Positions 12,402 through 26,258 of a DNA stretch of 64,000 nt are shown in pieces. This DNA is from Bigelowiella natans CCMP2755 (Eukaryota; Protista; Cercozoa). Made by a program: the position numbers and the translations under genes. The stretch spans positions 8,040 to 72,039 of the forward strand of contig ADNK01001740.1 in NCBI GenBank assembly GCA_000320545.1. Direction: 5' to 3'. The notes beneath the pieces are model-generated. The model saw only the letters and a program-made list of their open reading frames with translations, made no database searches and had not been told where the DNA came from. How positions within the stretch are numbered: position 1 is the stretch's first letter; each line of letters starts with the position of its first letter.

Positions 12402-13099
12402 TAGCCATTTTGCATTAATGTCACGATATATAACGTTAAATTAGCCAAAAAGTATTATGGTCTCACTGTAAACAAGTTTTTGCCTGTGGCCTTTTTATTT
12501 TATTCGGAAGCCTAGGCGGAATCATACAGCAATAAAAAGAAAACTAGTACTTTTATCCTACTTTATCATGTTCGTTTTTTCCTATTATTTCTCGTCGGTT
12601 TTCTTCGTAGGAAAAGGAGTAATGAGTACTTTCACACTTTTTGGCTATATATTAGACCGAATAAGTCATCTATAAGAATAAACCAATCGCGTTACTGTGA
12701 TTCAACCTGACCCGCAATATTGACTTTCTATCAGTTTCATCTATTAGAATTGTTTTGGCCCCTTGTGAAGAAAATCATGACAAATTCATGTTTGTGGCCC
12801 ATAGCAACTACAATAGTAGACATTAAGGGAGTGTCCGTTTTCTTAAATTATACTTCCCTAGATAATCGCATGTGTACAGAGAGGGCGTGATAATATAGTC
12901 TAATGTATCCATAGCAATTATCAGATAGAAATAAAAGTAGCTTCGAATTTCATCAAATTCGAAATCTTTAACAAAATCATCCATATTTTCAAAATGTATT
13001 TCCTTGAATAAAAATAATACGTAGCATCCGAGGAGCCAATCCAAAAGACAAAATAAAGCGTGTGTGATGCCTGTGAACATTTGTTCCTCATCTTGACTG

Positions 13100-15950
13100 G
13101 AAAACATTCAAAGCACAGCCAGCGCAGTTGTACTTTGGCAAGCCAAAGATGTGCACCAAAATGCCCTTTTGACGTGCAAATTAGAACTATGACAATGCGT
13201 AACGTCATGCATGCGATGCCTACCCATAGCTACGACTAGACATGTGTAGAAACATGTTTGGTTGAATTGGGTCACATCTAGAGCTGGGCACAAATAATTT
13301 TTTTTATTTGGAAATACTTTGCTTTATTGCTTCTGAACAAGTGTTTGATTTGAACAAACAATGCCTACATGTCGCGAAACTAGTGTTTGGTTTGTTCAAA
13401 TGATGTTCGAACAAGAAGCAGCATTTGCAAATATTTTCCTGTGAAAATCATTTGCAAATAATTTGAAAAATTTGAAACGTTCCCGCGCAGCTGTGCGCAA
13501 AGCACGACATGACAGACCAAATCGCAATGCATTTGAATGCGCATTGTGCAACGTGTGACAAAGGGAACAAACAATCGCACAGGCACAACTTCACAACTCA
13601 TTGCAGATAGACATAGTTGTTGCGTAGACGCTGTGCGCATGTAGATGTGCAGCATCATGGCGCACACATGCTGCCATTGAAAAGATTTAATCACTTCATT
13701 GCATCCGTCTCATGGCTACTCAGGACTCAGGACTCAGCCCCACAGACTCAGGAACCATTTTTCTCCACTTTGCAACCTCCAGCTGTGCCTTTCTCGTGTT
13801 TGAGAACTTTCCAAAATCTGTCCAACTTTGACAATTTGTTGAGCATCACCAATGCTTCAGCTGTGTCTGTCGACAATGCACTTCGACGCGCTGTCAGTGT
13901 CAAGCCACACAACAAGAAGATGCGTTCGGACTCGACTGACGCAGCTTCAAATCATCATTTTCCTTTTCATGCCGAGTGATGCTTCTCCAAAGTGGAGCTT
14001 CATGCATGAAGATGCATTCTAATGGAAAATGACAAGCCCTGCGGGTGGGGTTGTCAATTGCAAATGCAATTTGAAACAGTGCCAACATGGCATCTGATTG
14101 GTTGTTTCTTTGGTGAAATCAGGGAAGCAAAAGCAATGCAGCATGTTGCAGACACATGTTTTTGATTGCTAGTTTGTTGCACCAATGAGAATGAGCTGCG
14201 CTCTCGCAAGATGTGCACGATCGCAACAGCAGCTGCTGCACGTGCTGCTGACTAGCTAGCCCTAGCTGACCAGAGCTAGCATGAAGTTTCATCAGTGCGA
14301 GATGCTGGCGAGATGGTGGCGAGATGGTGGCGAGACGGATGCAATGAAATGATCTGTCACTTTTTTCAATGGTCCGTCACAATCTAGGACTGCACAGCCT
14401 GGCATGTGCAGTCCAACAGCACCAGAGCAGCAGTGCGCAGCACGTGTGCTAGCGCATGGCATGGCGGCTGTGTGCGTGCATGCTGTGCATGCGCAGCACG
14501 TGCGCAGGCCTAGCTAGCTAGCCTGGTCGCCGTGGCCACGTGGGTAATTTTTCTTCAGAAATTCACCGACAACGCAAGCTCAGGCGATCTAGTGATGTCG
14601 GTAATGATTGGCCACGCTAGACGCATGCAAAAGCTCAATTTTGGTGATTTTCTTGAAACATTTCCAAAAACGTTTGCAAACATGTTTGATTTGATTTGGT
14701 TTGAACAAATGCGAACATTTTGAAAAATTGTCTCCAAACACCAAACTCTTGCAAACTTGTGTTTGGTTTGTTCAAATGCTACTCTAGCTCATGCAAACAA
14801 GTGTTTGATTTGAACAAATGATGTTTGTTCAAACGTGTTTGCAAATGCATTTGTTTTCAAGCATTTGTGCCCAGCCCTGGTCACATCATGTCGACATGCT
14901 TGTGTCATCCATGTACCAGCCATAGTCCGCCCACTGCTAGATCTAGAGATGCGTGTGGCTGAGCTTCGATCGCGAGTGGACCACACAGTGGACTTTGAGC
15001 ATTCACTGGAATGCACAGGAATGCCAGAGATGAGCACCAGCCGCCCACTGTTTGTCTCTGTCTTTGCCAACGATGCTTCGACAAGCAGCAAATTGTTGCC
15101 ACTGTGCCACAGGTGTGAAGACTGAAGGCAGAGCACGCGTTGCGCCTGTTGCCACTGTCTAGCTGGTGATTCGCCGACCACTTTCAGTGCATGCGCGACG
15201 AGCGCCTCCAGCTAGTGCCAAAGTAGCTAGGCCTCCTGCTAGAGTCTGATCCAGCGCTGCTGATCAAAGCAGGCAGCAACAACACTGCTACTCACTGCAC
15301 ATGCTGTTCTGTGTCTAGAACAAAGAACTAGCTAGCTAGCTAGCGCTGAAGCGCAATGGCGCAGCGCGTGTGTGGACGCAGCGCATGTCAGTTGAATTGA
15401 CGGCATCGCCGATGTGCGGCGACGCAGCGACGACGAACAGCATGATAGACACAGTAATATCACATGTGTAACATGTACATGGCATTACATGTCTGTGATG
15501 AGCATCATGCTCACAACAGACACAGCAACATCACACACACAATGTGCACATGTCCACAATCAGCAACACGTTGGTCTTGAGCACCTCCTCCGCCTCCACC
15601 TGGCTCAGTTTGCTATTGTGGGAATGTACCAACCCAGCATGCTGGCATGGATGAATGAATGCCAGAACGACAAGACTGCTGGTCGAACGGGTTGATGTGT
15701 GCGACGCTCATTGCTTGTGTGTTCACGTGTGCTGACGTTGATCATCCGCGCTTTCAAAGTGTTGCACGACACTTGGAAAACACGAAACGCAGTACCTCGA
15801 GCTTGAAACAACGAAAACACCATGGTGTGCAAACCAGCATGGTGCAGAAAACGAGGAACATTGAACATTGCATTGAACGAGGACTCTGGATCCATGCGAG
15901 TTCACTTCGTCTTTCTTGGAGATCTTTTAACAACCAACAGCATCGGATGT
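13100..15950. other. Strongly TpA-depleted intergenic block containing the hAT element
   Basis: 13741-14160 has 1 TpA (CTAA). 14101-14525 has 10 TpA, all in CTAG. The left edge (13100-13460) retains more TpA. Confidence 0.9.
13279..14879. mobile_element. Non-autonomous hAT-type DNA transposon, 1601 bp
   Basis: Left end TAGAGCTGGGCACAAAT (13279-13295); right end reverse-complements to CAGGGCTGGGCACAAAT (14863-14879). A perfect 8-bp direct repeat GTCACATC flanks both ends (13271-13278 and 14880-14887). Subterminal motifs GTGTTTGATTTGAACAAA and GTGTTTGGTTTGTTCAAATG occur near both ends. An 8-bp TSD with YAG-starting TIRs is typical of hAT. No transposase motif was recognised. Confidence 0.88.
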
Positions 15951-16599
15951 CGTAGAAAATAAATGCTGTGAATTACCACATGCCCGATTTATTTTTAAAA
16001 CTAAGGCGGAAATAAAAAATCGGCCAGAAGAATGGCGACCCCTGCTCCCGTGGATGAGACTGTCTCGGTATGCCTTCTGCAGTCCTCCCCATAGGCACAA
16101 ATTGACTATCTGAGTAGAGGGGGGGATGTTTGTTTGAATATACTTTTTGATGCGTAAATTCAACATGAATCGTGTTCAATGTGCGGAGGAAAGATACAAT
16201 TTCAACAACGAAAGAAGGGCATGCTCGATAATTAAGAAAGCGGGACTGTAATGCCAAAGAAATCACGCAGATGTTCACCTATAGATGTTCAGTTACATAT
16301 GAATTTGATACTACGATTAACAATATTTTAATTGTTTCCATGTAGGACCTCGTCACGAGGTATGAAGAACACAAATCGCAGGTATGGCCGATAAAATATC
16401 GCCCGTGCAAACGATAAAGCACAGTTGTTCGATTCTTCCGTGGAAGAATGTAGAAATGCATTTCACGACAACGTGCATAACTATTATCTGGAGGTTGTAT
16501 GTACGATACTCCTAAGCCTGCGAAATAACACGCTCTTTCCGCGCAGCTTGGGCTTGTCTTCAATGCTACCCCACGGCATCGTCCGCCAACCCTAATCTC

Positions 16600-17455
16600 C
16601 TCTGTTACGTGTGATACACAGCTCGAGCAGGTGGGACAGCTCTTGCGAGCGAAGCCTGGAGATCCTACTCTGATGAAGTTGTACGACGATCTGAAAAAAG
16701 TCGTGGAGCTGACCGAGGATCTCAAGAAAACACAAGAAGAGAAAAAAGCGAGTGAGGTCAATGTTGGAGACCGCTGCGAGGCTGTCTGGTCCGAGGATGG
16801 GAAGTGGTAATAGACAATTAATAGAAGAAGGTTGTAGTTGTGGTAGGAGAAAGCGTATTCTTTAACCCAAATGATATCGGCGAATGTCGCCGAGCTGTTG
16901 TGGCCTGCTTTCCTTCGGAGAGAAAAATTGGGGCGAAGAAGCTATGATTGTACCTATTCCGCATTTTCGTATGTTTCCACAGCAAATCTGTTACTGATGT
17001 ATTTCATTCCCTCGTTTCTTATAGTCACTGCGATTTGCATCCCCCTTGCAGGTACACCGCACGCATTGACGCTAAGGATCCTGAAAGTAAGCACTTCAGC
17101 GTGACCTTCCTGGTGTATGGGAACGCTGGCCAAGTCGCACCCGAGAACATTCGACCCTACCGGCACGCGAGGAAAAGCCAAGTGCGCGTGGGTATGGAAG
17201 TGAGGGCCTATTACGAAACCGACGGTCTGTTTTACCCCGCGACCGTCGAGACTATCACCTCGGGGGGGCTCTATCGCGTCGCATTTCGAGGGTATAATTA
17301 TAAGGTTGAGCTGCCCCTTACGGACATACTCCCCATCAAGCAGGCCAACGATGATGCTATGCCTGAGAAAGCTGTCATTCCGGAGCATCTCAAGATCAAG
17401 TCCACCGATAACGACAAGCAGAAAGATGTAAAATAGTTATATCGATGTACCTATG

Positions 17456-17490
<35 letters not shown>

Positions 17491-17524
17491 TATGTGTGTG
17501 TGTGTGTGTGTGTGTGCGTGTTTC

Positions 17525-17575
<51 letters not shown>

Positions 17576-18251
17576 GTGGGGTTTATTAACATCCATGCAC
17601 ATGTTATATTAATTCGTTCCGCCTTCCCATTCGCTCTCCTTACAGTTAAAAAAGAAGAAAATAAAGGCGATTAAATCTAAATTCCGCAAGCGCAAAGCTG
17701 AAATGGTAACGGAGAAGAAAAAGGTAATAAATATTTAGAACGAACGTGCTTGTCCGCTTGCGTCCTCCACACCGCAGCATCTCGGTTGTATTGATGAAAA
17801 TGGATTGTGACGACTATGCGTATGATGCTGCTGCTGCTAAGTTGACTTTGACACTACTATCTCTTAGAACAATTGGAAACAGTTTTTGAATGGTGGCAAG
17901 AAGAAGCTCAAAGCCCTCAAGGTAATTTCTTTCCTCGTTTCTCTTTGATTTCTTTTTTTTTTGGCGCTACTCCGAATACCTCCTAAATGCCCTTCCTCCT
18001 TCCATACACCTTCTCAAGAACAAGAAAAGGAGTATCTTCGCGTCTCCAGATAGTGTCGATGGCAGGGTAGGCGTCGTTGGAAGCGGTAATGGTGAATTGA
18101 GTCGTAAGGACTCCTCTTTGATTCGGCGGGTGAAGCTGAACTTTGTCTATCATTCGCAATGTTTGTAGGCAAAGCGATGACGAATTTCCACGATCGGACG
18201 AGGCACACATTTGATGGCGCGGACCCGCAGCAGGAGATGCAGCTACCGTGA
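16600..18251 (+). CDS. SMNDC1: SPF30/SMNDC1-like splicing factor with two Tudor domains; start codon not located
   Basis: Exons read TQLEQVGQLLRAKPGDPTLMKLYDDLKKVVELTEDL, VGDRCEAVWSEDGKW|YTARID..FLVYGN, VGMEVRAYYETDGLFYPATVETI..VAFRGY, IPEHLKIKSTD, KKKKIKAIKSKFR, NNWKQFL, KKRSIFASPDSVDGRVGVVGSG|KAMTNF..MQLP*. The N-terminal coiled coil and the C-terminal SIFxSPDxxxGRVGV motif are SPF30 hallmarks. Confidence 0.85.
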
Positions 18252-18399
18252 TTTTTTGATTGATAAATTGTGACAAATTTGCGGTTAGAGGCGGCTGCAA
18301 TATGATGTAGAGTAATGGAACGTGTCAATCTTGAGCCCTTTTATACATCGTGCTCTCGTCAGACAGCCTGTCTGCATAATTCAAGTAAACAAGTAGTTC

Positions 18400-18517
18400 T
18401 ATTTATAGTGCAGCCTTGAGCGCACCGTGCATGTCCCGTATGTCGTGAACATGTATGGAGTGAGTTCGTGAGTCAAGGAGATGGTACACCTATTACGCAG
18501 TTTATACATGCATAATA

Positions 18518-18553
<36 letters not shown>

Positions 18554-19160
18554 TGTGGAGAATGACTTTCTAGCTTTGTCTAGTTGTGCACACACATGCA
18601 ATCATGTGAACTTGAAGAACTATAAAGTGTCTGTAGAACCTGACCTCTAGCTGACTAGAACACTAGAACATGGCATTTACTAGATTAGACAACATGTGCA
18701 GTTTCGCACGTCATAAGACACATGCATATCTAGACTTGGAACATGCTAGAATACCTAGATGAGCTTTGGCGTGGCGTTCATACATGCTATATGAATGGCG
18801 ATGTGATGCATGCCCTGGCACAACAAAGAATCAACACAGTGCTGCTGCCTGTGTACAGGCATATAATACAAGCCAATATAATATATATTAAAACGATGCG
18901 CTTTGTACGACAGTCTAGAAATGTAGTTACACTATATGCACGATCGAATCGCCGCATATGGCATGGCGATATGCAACACACATTGGCTACGTGGGGCCTT
19001 GATCACATGTTCACTACAGTGATGTATGCTACACAATCTATTTTGTTCATTGTGTTGATCAATGTCCGCATATATATCTACATACATATTTGCATGGAAC
19101 ACATAATAGCGGAAACCAACAGATTCAACATCAGGCGCTGTAGCCGCTGCGTTGCATAGC
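18400..19160. other. Partially TpA-depleted block between the convergent SMNDC1 and CobW genes
   Basis: A mixture of intact TATA stretches with CATG, TGCA, CACATG and CTAG-rich sequence. Confidence 0.5.
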
Positions 19161-19318
19161 TACATAAGGATGACTATTGAACAAATTTAATTTATTAATT
19201 GCACCCGTCTTACATGTGTATATGTAATACCAAACATAACTACATTGGGATGACCATTGAAATGCTTTAATTTATTCATTACAACCGTCTCATAACACCA
19301 AACAGAAGCCATACGTAG

Positions 19319-19351
<33 letters not shown>

Positions 19352-19383
19352 TATTACATTTACTGTGTCTATAGTCCACCATA

Positions 19384-20655
19384 TCATTCTGCACTTTTTC
19401 TTTTTTTCCCGGCGACAGTTCTAGCTCTCACGAAATTTTCATCGTCAATCGGACCCCAACATTCACCGTGATCGCCCTCAAGTTCAATTCGATAAGGATT
19501 TCCCCCGTCCCACAATGCTGCAATCTTTCCCGGCAGCCACTTATCACAACGGGCTTCTACGAGGTCGCCAACCTTGAAACGGAGCTCATCCTTTGCCTTG
19601 CAATCCATGAATCCGTCCTTAAGTGCCTTTTTATCTAAATTCTTTCCAATGAAGACGAATCGGCATTCTCGCTTCTCGCCTTCTTTCCACCTCTGCTTGT
19701 ATGTGTCAAACCCCCCAGAAAAGAGCATGTGAACGCCCTGAAACACAAACTTTTTCACAATGCCCTTGACAGCAAGCACGCCTTTGTATCGGTAAAGGTC
19801 ATTAGCTTTCGTTTGAATGAGCTTCCCAATCCACATTTGGAGTTTATTATGATTCAGCTCTCCTTCGAACTTACAGCTCACAGATGAAACACTTGTATCG
19901 TGCTCATGTTCAGCTTCTGTGTCCAGAAATTCAGGATCTTTTTCGAGGGTGCGTGACAGATCAAACGAGCCGATGTTTATCAGATGTTTGGGGTGTACAA
20001 CACTGTTGGTACACTTGAAGATGGGCGCCGTGGCATTGATTGCCTTTATTGATTTTTCAACCTTTTCGAGCTCCTTTTCGTCCTTGACCAGGTCGACTTT
20101 GTTCAGGAGGACACGGTCGGCAAATGCAAGCTGTTCTACGGCTTCGTTCTCTACACCATCCGGCTTCTTTTCGTTGAGGTGTGGAAGGATGTGCTTGGCA
20201 TCGACGACTGTGATGATGCCATCGAGCTTGTATAATTTTTCTACCGTGTCGTCAACGAAAAAGGTTTGGGCAACTGGAGCAGGATCAGCCAACCCTGTGG
20301 TTTCGATGATAACCCCATCAAATTTCTCAATCTTCTTGTGAATCTTCTTCAGAACTTTTGACAGGTCTCCGCGTACTGTGCAGCAAATGCATCCGTTCAT
20401 CACCTCGATGATCTGCTCGTCGGTCTTATCTACCGAGAGTACCTTCTCATCAACCCCAACCTAAGAATCAGTGCAAATTGCTAAGGCGGACCAATGCGTA
20501 TCGAAGTTCCACGTTAAGAGTACCTCTCCGAATTCATTCTCAATGACCGCAAACTTCATCTTGTGCTCATTGCTTGTTAAGAGATGATTCAAAAGCGTGG
20601 TCTTGCCAGCTCCAAGGAAACCGGTCAATATCGTCACGGGTATCTTCTTTGACAT
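19384..20655 (-). CDS. CobW/COG0523 (ZNG1-like) metallochaperone GTPase with a C-terminal SH3-like extension; 2 exons
   Basis: Exon 1 is 20524-20655 ([26 protein letters not shown]), intron 20461-20523, exon 2 is 19384-20460. It contains GCICCT (CxCC), [14 protein letters not shown] and the CobW_C motif LYRYKGVL. Confidence 0.95.
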
Positions 20656-21200
20656 TGCGCGTGGTTCCAATGTGCAGATGCGTGGAAGCGTTCGTAGGAG
20701 CGAGGAAGGGAGTGTAAATCGGAAACACGATGCGAGACAACTGCGAAGTGCGATAACGAACGAAAAATGAACTGAATTCATTCATTGCGACATCGTTATT
20801 TCGATATAGATATTACATTCTAGCATCTCGGCAGGTTTTCTGAGATTTGCAGGCCGATTTCCATGGGTCTATCTCAGAATCAGCTTGTAAATATATTTTG
20901 GCGTGTCAGAGCATCAAGGAAAGCAAACATCATTGCATTTTACTTCTGCGACAAAGGTGAAGACTGAATTTTCTCTGCAATACGAGGGTACAACAACTAT
21001 CTGAAGATTCGTGCGACCCCCACACCGACCTAACTTCGCCCGCTCCTCCTTTTAACTGGTAGTGAAGCAGTCTAAACCACCAGCGTTGCGATTTCGTATT
21101 TTCTGAGTAAATGTAATACATCGTGAAACCCTTCATCCAGATGTATCGTAGCTCATTCTCACTTTTCCTTGTGTAATTCGAAGAACAGCTTTCCTTCGTA

Positions 21201-22205
21201 ATGTTCCTTCACTTGTACGTCGCCGAAGCGCGAGGACTACCCGTCTCAGATAACCATGGGCGTTCTGGTAGCGTAAAATTGTAGAAGAAGGAGGACATCT
21301 TTGAATGTTCTTTGTCCCTTCAGATCCATATTTAAAGTTTAAAGTTAATGGCAAGAAGTATCGAACGGGGACTGTCAATGAAAGACTCAACCCGATCTGG
21401 ACCTCCCACTTCACTGTTGATAAATTGAAGGCAATTCGATTTCTGTTTTGCATTTATTTTCATTTTTTTGCTCTGTCGGTTCAAATTCGACTGGCGGCCA
21501 CACATGCAAGCAACAACGAAGAACACACTGAAGAAGACGCAAGAGACATGCGATCCAAAATACTAACTATTATGGGTTCAACATGGGTATATGAATGCAT
21601 CTTGCAATCCAATAAAACTATTTAAGGGGGACGAAGAGCTTGAGCTTACAGTGTGGGACGCTGATAGCCGCCTTTCAAAGCAGGTTAGGTTTATTTGCCA
21701 AACAGCAGTTACAACATACTGGCATTGTATCATCAAAATTAGAATTATTTTGAAAATAACTTTCCTTCCATGCCCCGAAGATATAAACCAGCGCAATATA
21801 AAAGAGTCACTAAACTTGACTATTTTCGGAATCCAATGTTTGAACCCATACCGCTCATTTTTATGCATCTTCGGCTCACGGATAAACGCGCTGGAAGCAG
21901 CCATCGTGATTAGATTAAATGAAACGAGAGATATTCCTCAACGGCAGACATGAATTTTTGTTTGATACTAGGACCTCCTTGGTATTTATCCGATGAAAGT
22001 CTCCAAAATCCCCGATGAGGTGTTGTTATAGAATCATCACCCTGAATCCCATCCCACTGAACTTCCAATCATCACCAACTTGATAGCCCATAGTAATATC
22101 TTCCTTCTTCTCCATAGGGCATGTGCGGGTGGTGCTCACTGCTTGATGGGGAATCAAAGCAACCATCTTTGGAAACAGGTCAATCAATAGTACACACACA
22201 TACAA

Positions 22206-22279
<74 letters not shown>

Positions 22280-22920
22280 CAAGTCCTCTCATTTGCCCGG
22301 AAAAATACACGTAAATAAAAAAGCCTATCGGCACACGATTGAATCATTTTACGCAAGGACCTGTGTTTCTGAGATATATGCAAATCACCACTTTTCTTAG
22401 GAGAGCTGCGGCTAATGGCATGGCTACAAAAGGAGGGGGGCAAACCTGATATGAAGGCACGAGATAAAGCCTTCGCCGATTTGTTGGACGCCGAAAAAAA
22501 GAGCGCATCAAGTGGTTCAGTCGAGGTGCTGCTGCTACATAATGCGTCCGCGCCATTCGATACCAAACATCCCATAGCTCTTAGAACCTTCGACTAGGAC
22601 AACCCCATGCAATGATCTCACCTAAATTCTTACGCTCTCTGGGAATTTGGGGGAGAGGAAAAGGCAGTTCTTCACAGTAGTAGTGTAATTTCGCCTGGTA
22701 AATCCAATGGCAGGTTTTTGTTGGAAGCTGGAACGTTGGGAATGCTCAAACAGGTCACTAAATAAGATAGGCGGAAGCGCGTGCTTGTGTGCGTGTAAGA
22801 GCGTACAGTGGTTTTGGTTGCATGTTTTTGAGTGTGATTGTAAACAAATAGGCGATTTATCGGATTGGATCCCAAAAGACAAGTATGTTACTGACACACA
22901 CACATACTAATAAGTGTGTG

Positions 22921-22963
<43 letters not shown>

Positions 22964-24054
22964 TTGCGTGTGTGTACCGGACTCTCTGTGTGTGTGCGTG
23001 TAATTACACCTCATGTATAGCACGTATGTAGTAGCATTTCTGTGTATGACACCTACCTCGAAAAACAAATACTGTCGCAGGACGCGAAACCCGTAGGAAT
23101 GTCGTTTATTGTGTATTTTCTCAGATACCCTGTCTACGTGATCGGGGCTCAGGAATGCGAGTACAAAGCAAGGGAGGGATGCAAAACGTGCATGGTGATA
23201 AAAACAAGAGGGGGGGGGGGGGGGGCAAACAAGCACGCCGCGCACTCAATCCCCATACTTCTTCACCTTCAAAGCTACCTACAATACCGAAATGTGTTTG
23301 ATATTGAGGCGTTGCATCATCATATCAGGACGACTGGGTGAAATATCTTAGCGAAGCTATAGGAGAGAAGGTGCTTTGTTCTCTCTGTCTGCTCTCTTTA
23401 CTTCCCCTCTTCCTTGACAGTTTCGTTAACACCGTGGCATAAGGGTGCTTTCCCAAGTTTTTTTTAATTTTTAATAGATTTTTTTTAAGGCAAAGTAATT
23501 AAAGGACAACTCCCTTGGCCAAATGGGCTTGCCAATTTTTTGGACCCTTTCCCCCCAATCGATAATACCCACCCCCCCCAAACCGCAATTGAAAAGCCTT
23601 AATTTTCCCCAAAAAATTTTAATGAAATTTTGAAAATCCCCCCACACACCCACACACCCCCACCCACACATACCCCCACGCCCCCGCACCCATAAAAAAA
23701 AATATGGGAAATTTTGGAAAAAAAAAAGAGGATGGCCTTTGTCCTAAAGTTTAGAAAAATATAGGGAAAATTTTGTAGGATTTCTCCCGGCTAAATCATT
23801 TTTGGGGTATTGGGGGGAAGGTTTTTTTGACCCCCCCCCCCCCCCCCCTACCCTGGGTAGGAGTTACCCCCCCCCTCCTTTATTATATTATCACCATCCT
23901 CACCACCATTCTCATCATTCTCAACCTCACAGCGATTTCCTAATTATTTGAATGTATTGTGTGAAGGCACTGACGATGCTCGAGGAAACATTACGAATAT
24001 CATCAGCCGTAAGGAAGCAACAGGTAGGCATGCGTATCATGCCAAATCAACCTT

Positions 24055-24093
<39 letters not shown>

Positions 24094-24362
24094 GTGTGTG
24101 TGTATCTGTGTATATATAAATTTTTATAGTCATTAATTTGCGTGTAATTATATGTGTCTTGTATGTGTGTAGGAATCGGCCACGTTATAAACAACAAAGG
24201 AGGTAAGTAACCCTAATGCTCAAGCCATGTCAAAATGGAGAATATGACTCCTGTTCCAAGCGCTGCTATGGATCGGCCTTCCCTCCCCCCCTTCCTTTTC
24301 TCTCTCGCGTTCCATCTATAGAAGCTGCAGCTATTGCTGTTTGACATCCAATGATTTATTGC

Positions 24363-24397
<35 letters not shown>

Positions 24398-24514
24398 GTA
24401 ACGTTGCATTGGAAGGAACCGGTGTGGGGTTCAAGTATAAAGATACAAGAATGGTACTAGTAGTAGTAGTAGCAGTAGTAGTAGTAACGAGAGGACGACT
24501 TGTTTCTAGCTAGT

Positions 24515-24580
<66 letters not shown>

Positions 24581-24682
24581 CTACTATTAAGAGAAGGGGA
24601 GACGGATAAGGAGAAACGATACAAGAGAAGAGAAAGAGAATAAGAGAGAGTAGACTGCTATTAGTGCTTTGACTAATTAGGC

Positions 24683-24725
<43 letters not shown>

Positions 24726-24911
24726 TACAATAACATGATATGTGCGGCGCATTTACTTAGCTATTCATCAACGCACACCTGGCTGCTCACCAAGGCGAGG
24801 TGAGGCACTTCCGACTAAAACAGAGGCAAAAGGCTGTAAAATAAAGATATCATTATATAACATTACACAAAACCCTATGAAGATTCTTGTCCAGCCACCT
24901 CGTATATTATG

Positions 24912-24958
<47 letters not shown>

Positions 24959-25754
24959 TATATGATAGGTCGTTCGGCGGAACTCTGACGTGCAGGAGAT
25001 ATTACAGGGAGTGGCGACAACTCTCACTGAGGTAATTTTTTCAAGACTCAAAATGGTTTTACGAGGCGCCTGCCAGTCATTCTATTGAGGGGAGAAAAAG
25101 GGAAAACAAATTGCGAATGGAGAATGCATGGCCTCATTACTTAACGCGAGATAGATATCTCGAGAGCGCGTGCTGCTGCTGCCGCTGCTGCTGCTGGAAT
25201 GAGAGCAGAACGAAGACGTGTGTGTCTTTTGGTCCGATGTCCAAAGCATGAACTCGTCTTTTCAAGCACCGTTTGAGTTCTACTAGTATCACACAGTTTC
25301 AGCGTTTTACTTCTAGAGAAAAATAAATTAACCCCCCACCACTTTCCCCCTCCCCCCCCTCCCCTATTTAGGTCCCAGGGAATCAAATAACAGGAGACTA
25401 CGATCATATCATCTTTTTGGGCGATCTGAACTACAGGCTGGACTATGGCGACCAAGGTTAAATTTCGGATATGTTGCGCTCAACCCCCTCCCCCCCGTAC
25501 GGGATCTGACTGTGAGGCGTTTGATCTGTGACAAAAGCAGCCAACCATGCATTTGTTCGTCAATATTGTGTTTGGTCATCAGGAGATAAGAAGAAACCAT
25601 CAAAGGCACTTTACAAAGAAATGGTACCCGAATTCACTTGAGATTATATTACCTCTCTGCTGGCTCTAGCGGGCTATTACTCCTCCTCACCCCCCCCCCC
25701 CCTCCTATATATATATCTCTCTCACACGGCTAGATACTCGCAAAGTATAGAAGA

Positions 25755-25821
<67 letters not shown>

Positions 25822-26218
25822 CTATTCATTAGTGCCAAATGGTAGAGAAGGAGAAGTTCTCAGAGCTCTTTGCGAAGGATCAGCTGACCCGAGAACTAAA
25901 AGCTGGAAATGTAAGATATGACAACCAGAGCAACATCCAATAACAGAGAGGACAGGGTTAGAGGAAAGGAAGGGGGGGGGGGGTGGGAGTTGGACGGGAC
26001 AGACAGAAGAAATAATTATTATTGACAAAAATTGATGTTTCTCTAGGTGATGGCTGGGTTCACTGAGGGAAGCTACAAGCACCCCCCTACTTTCAAGGTA
26101 AGAATGGCTCGTGTTTCTATGCCGTGCCGCAGTAGTAGTAGTAGTAGTAGTGGTTGTATGCATGGGTATTTTGGAGAGAGATGAAGGAGGAATGCGAGAT
26201 AGAGGAGAGAGCGAGAAG

Positions 26219-26258
<40 letters not shown>

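Noticed and set aside
12823-13270. Possible gene interrupted by the hAT insertion (minus-strand frames read DVT across the TSD on both sides)
   Set aside because: The joined flanks give no recognisable protein in any frame, and the open frames are explained by stop-codon loss.
23450-23880. G/C- and A/T-homopolymer-rich segment as a G-quadruplex or telomere-like element
   Set aside because: The irregular runs and abrupt edges look like low-quality base calls, not a biological repeat.
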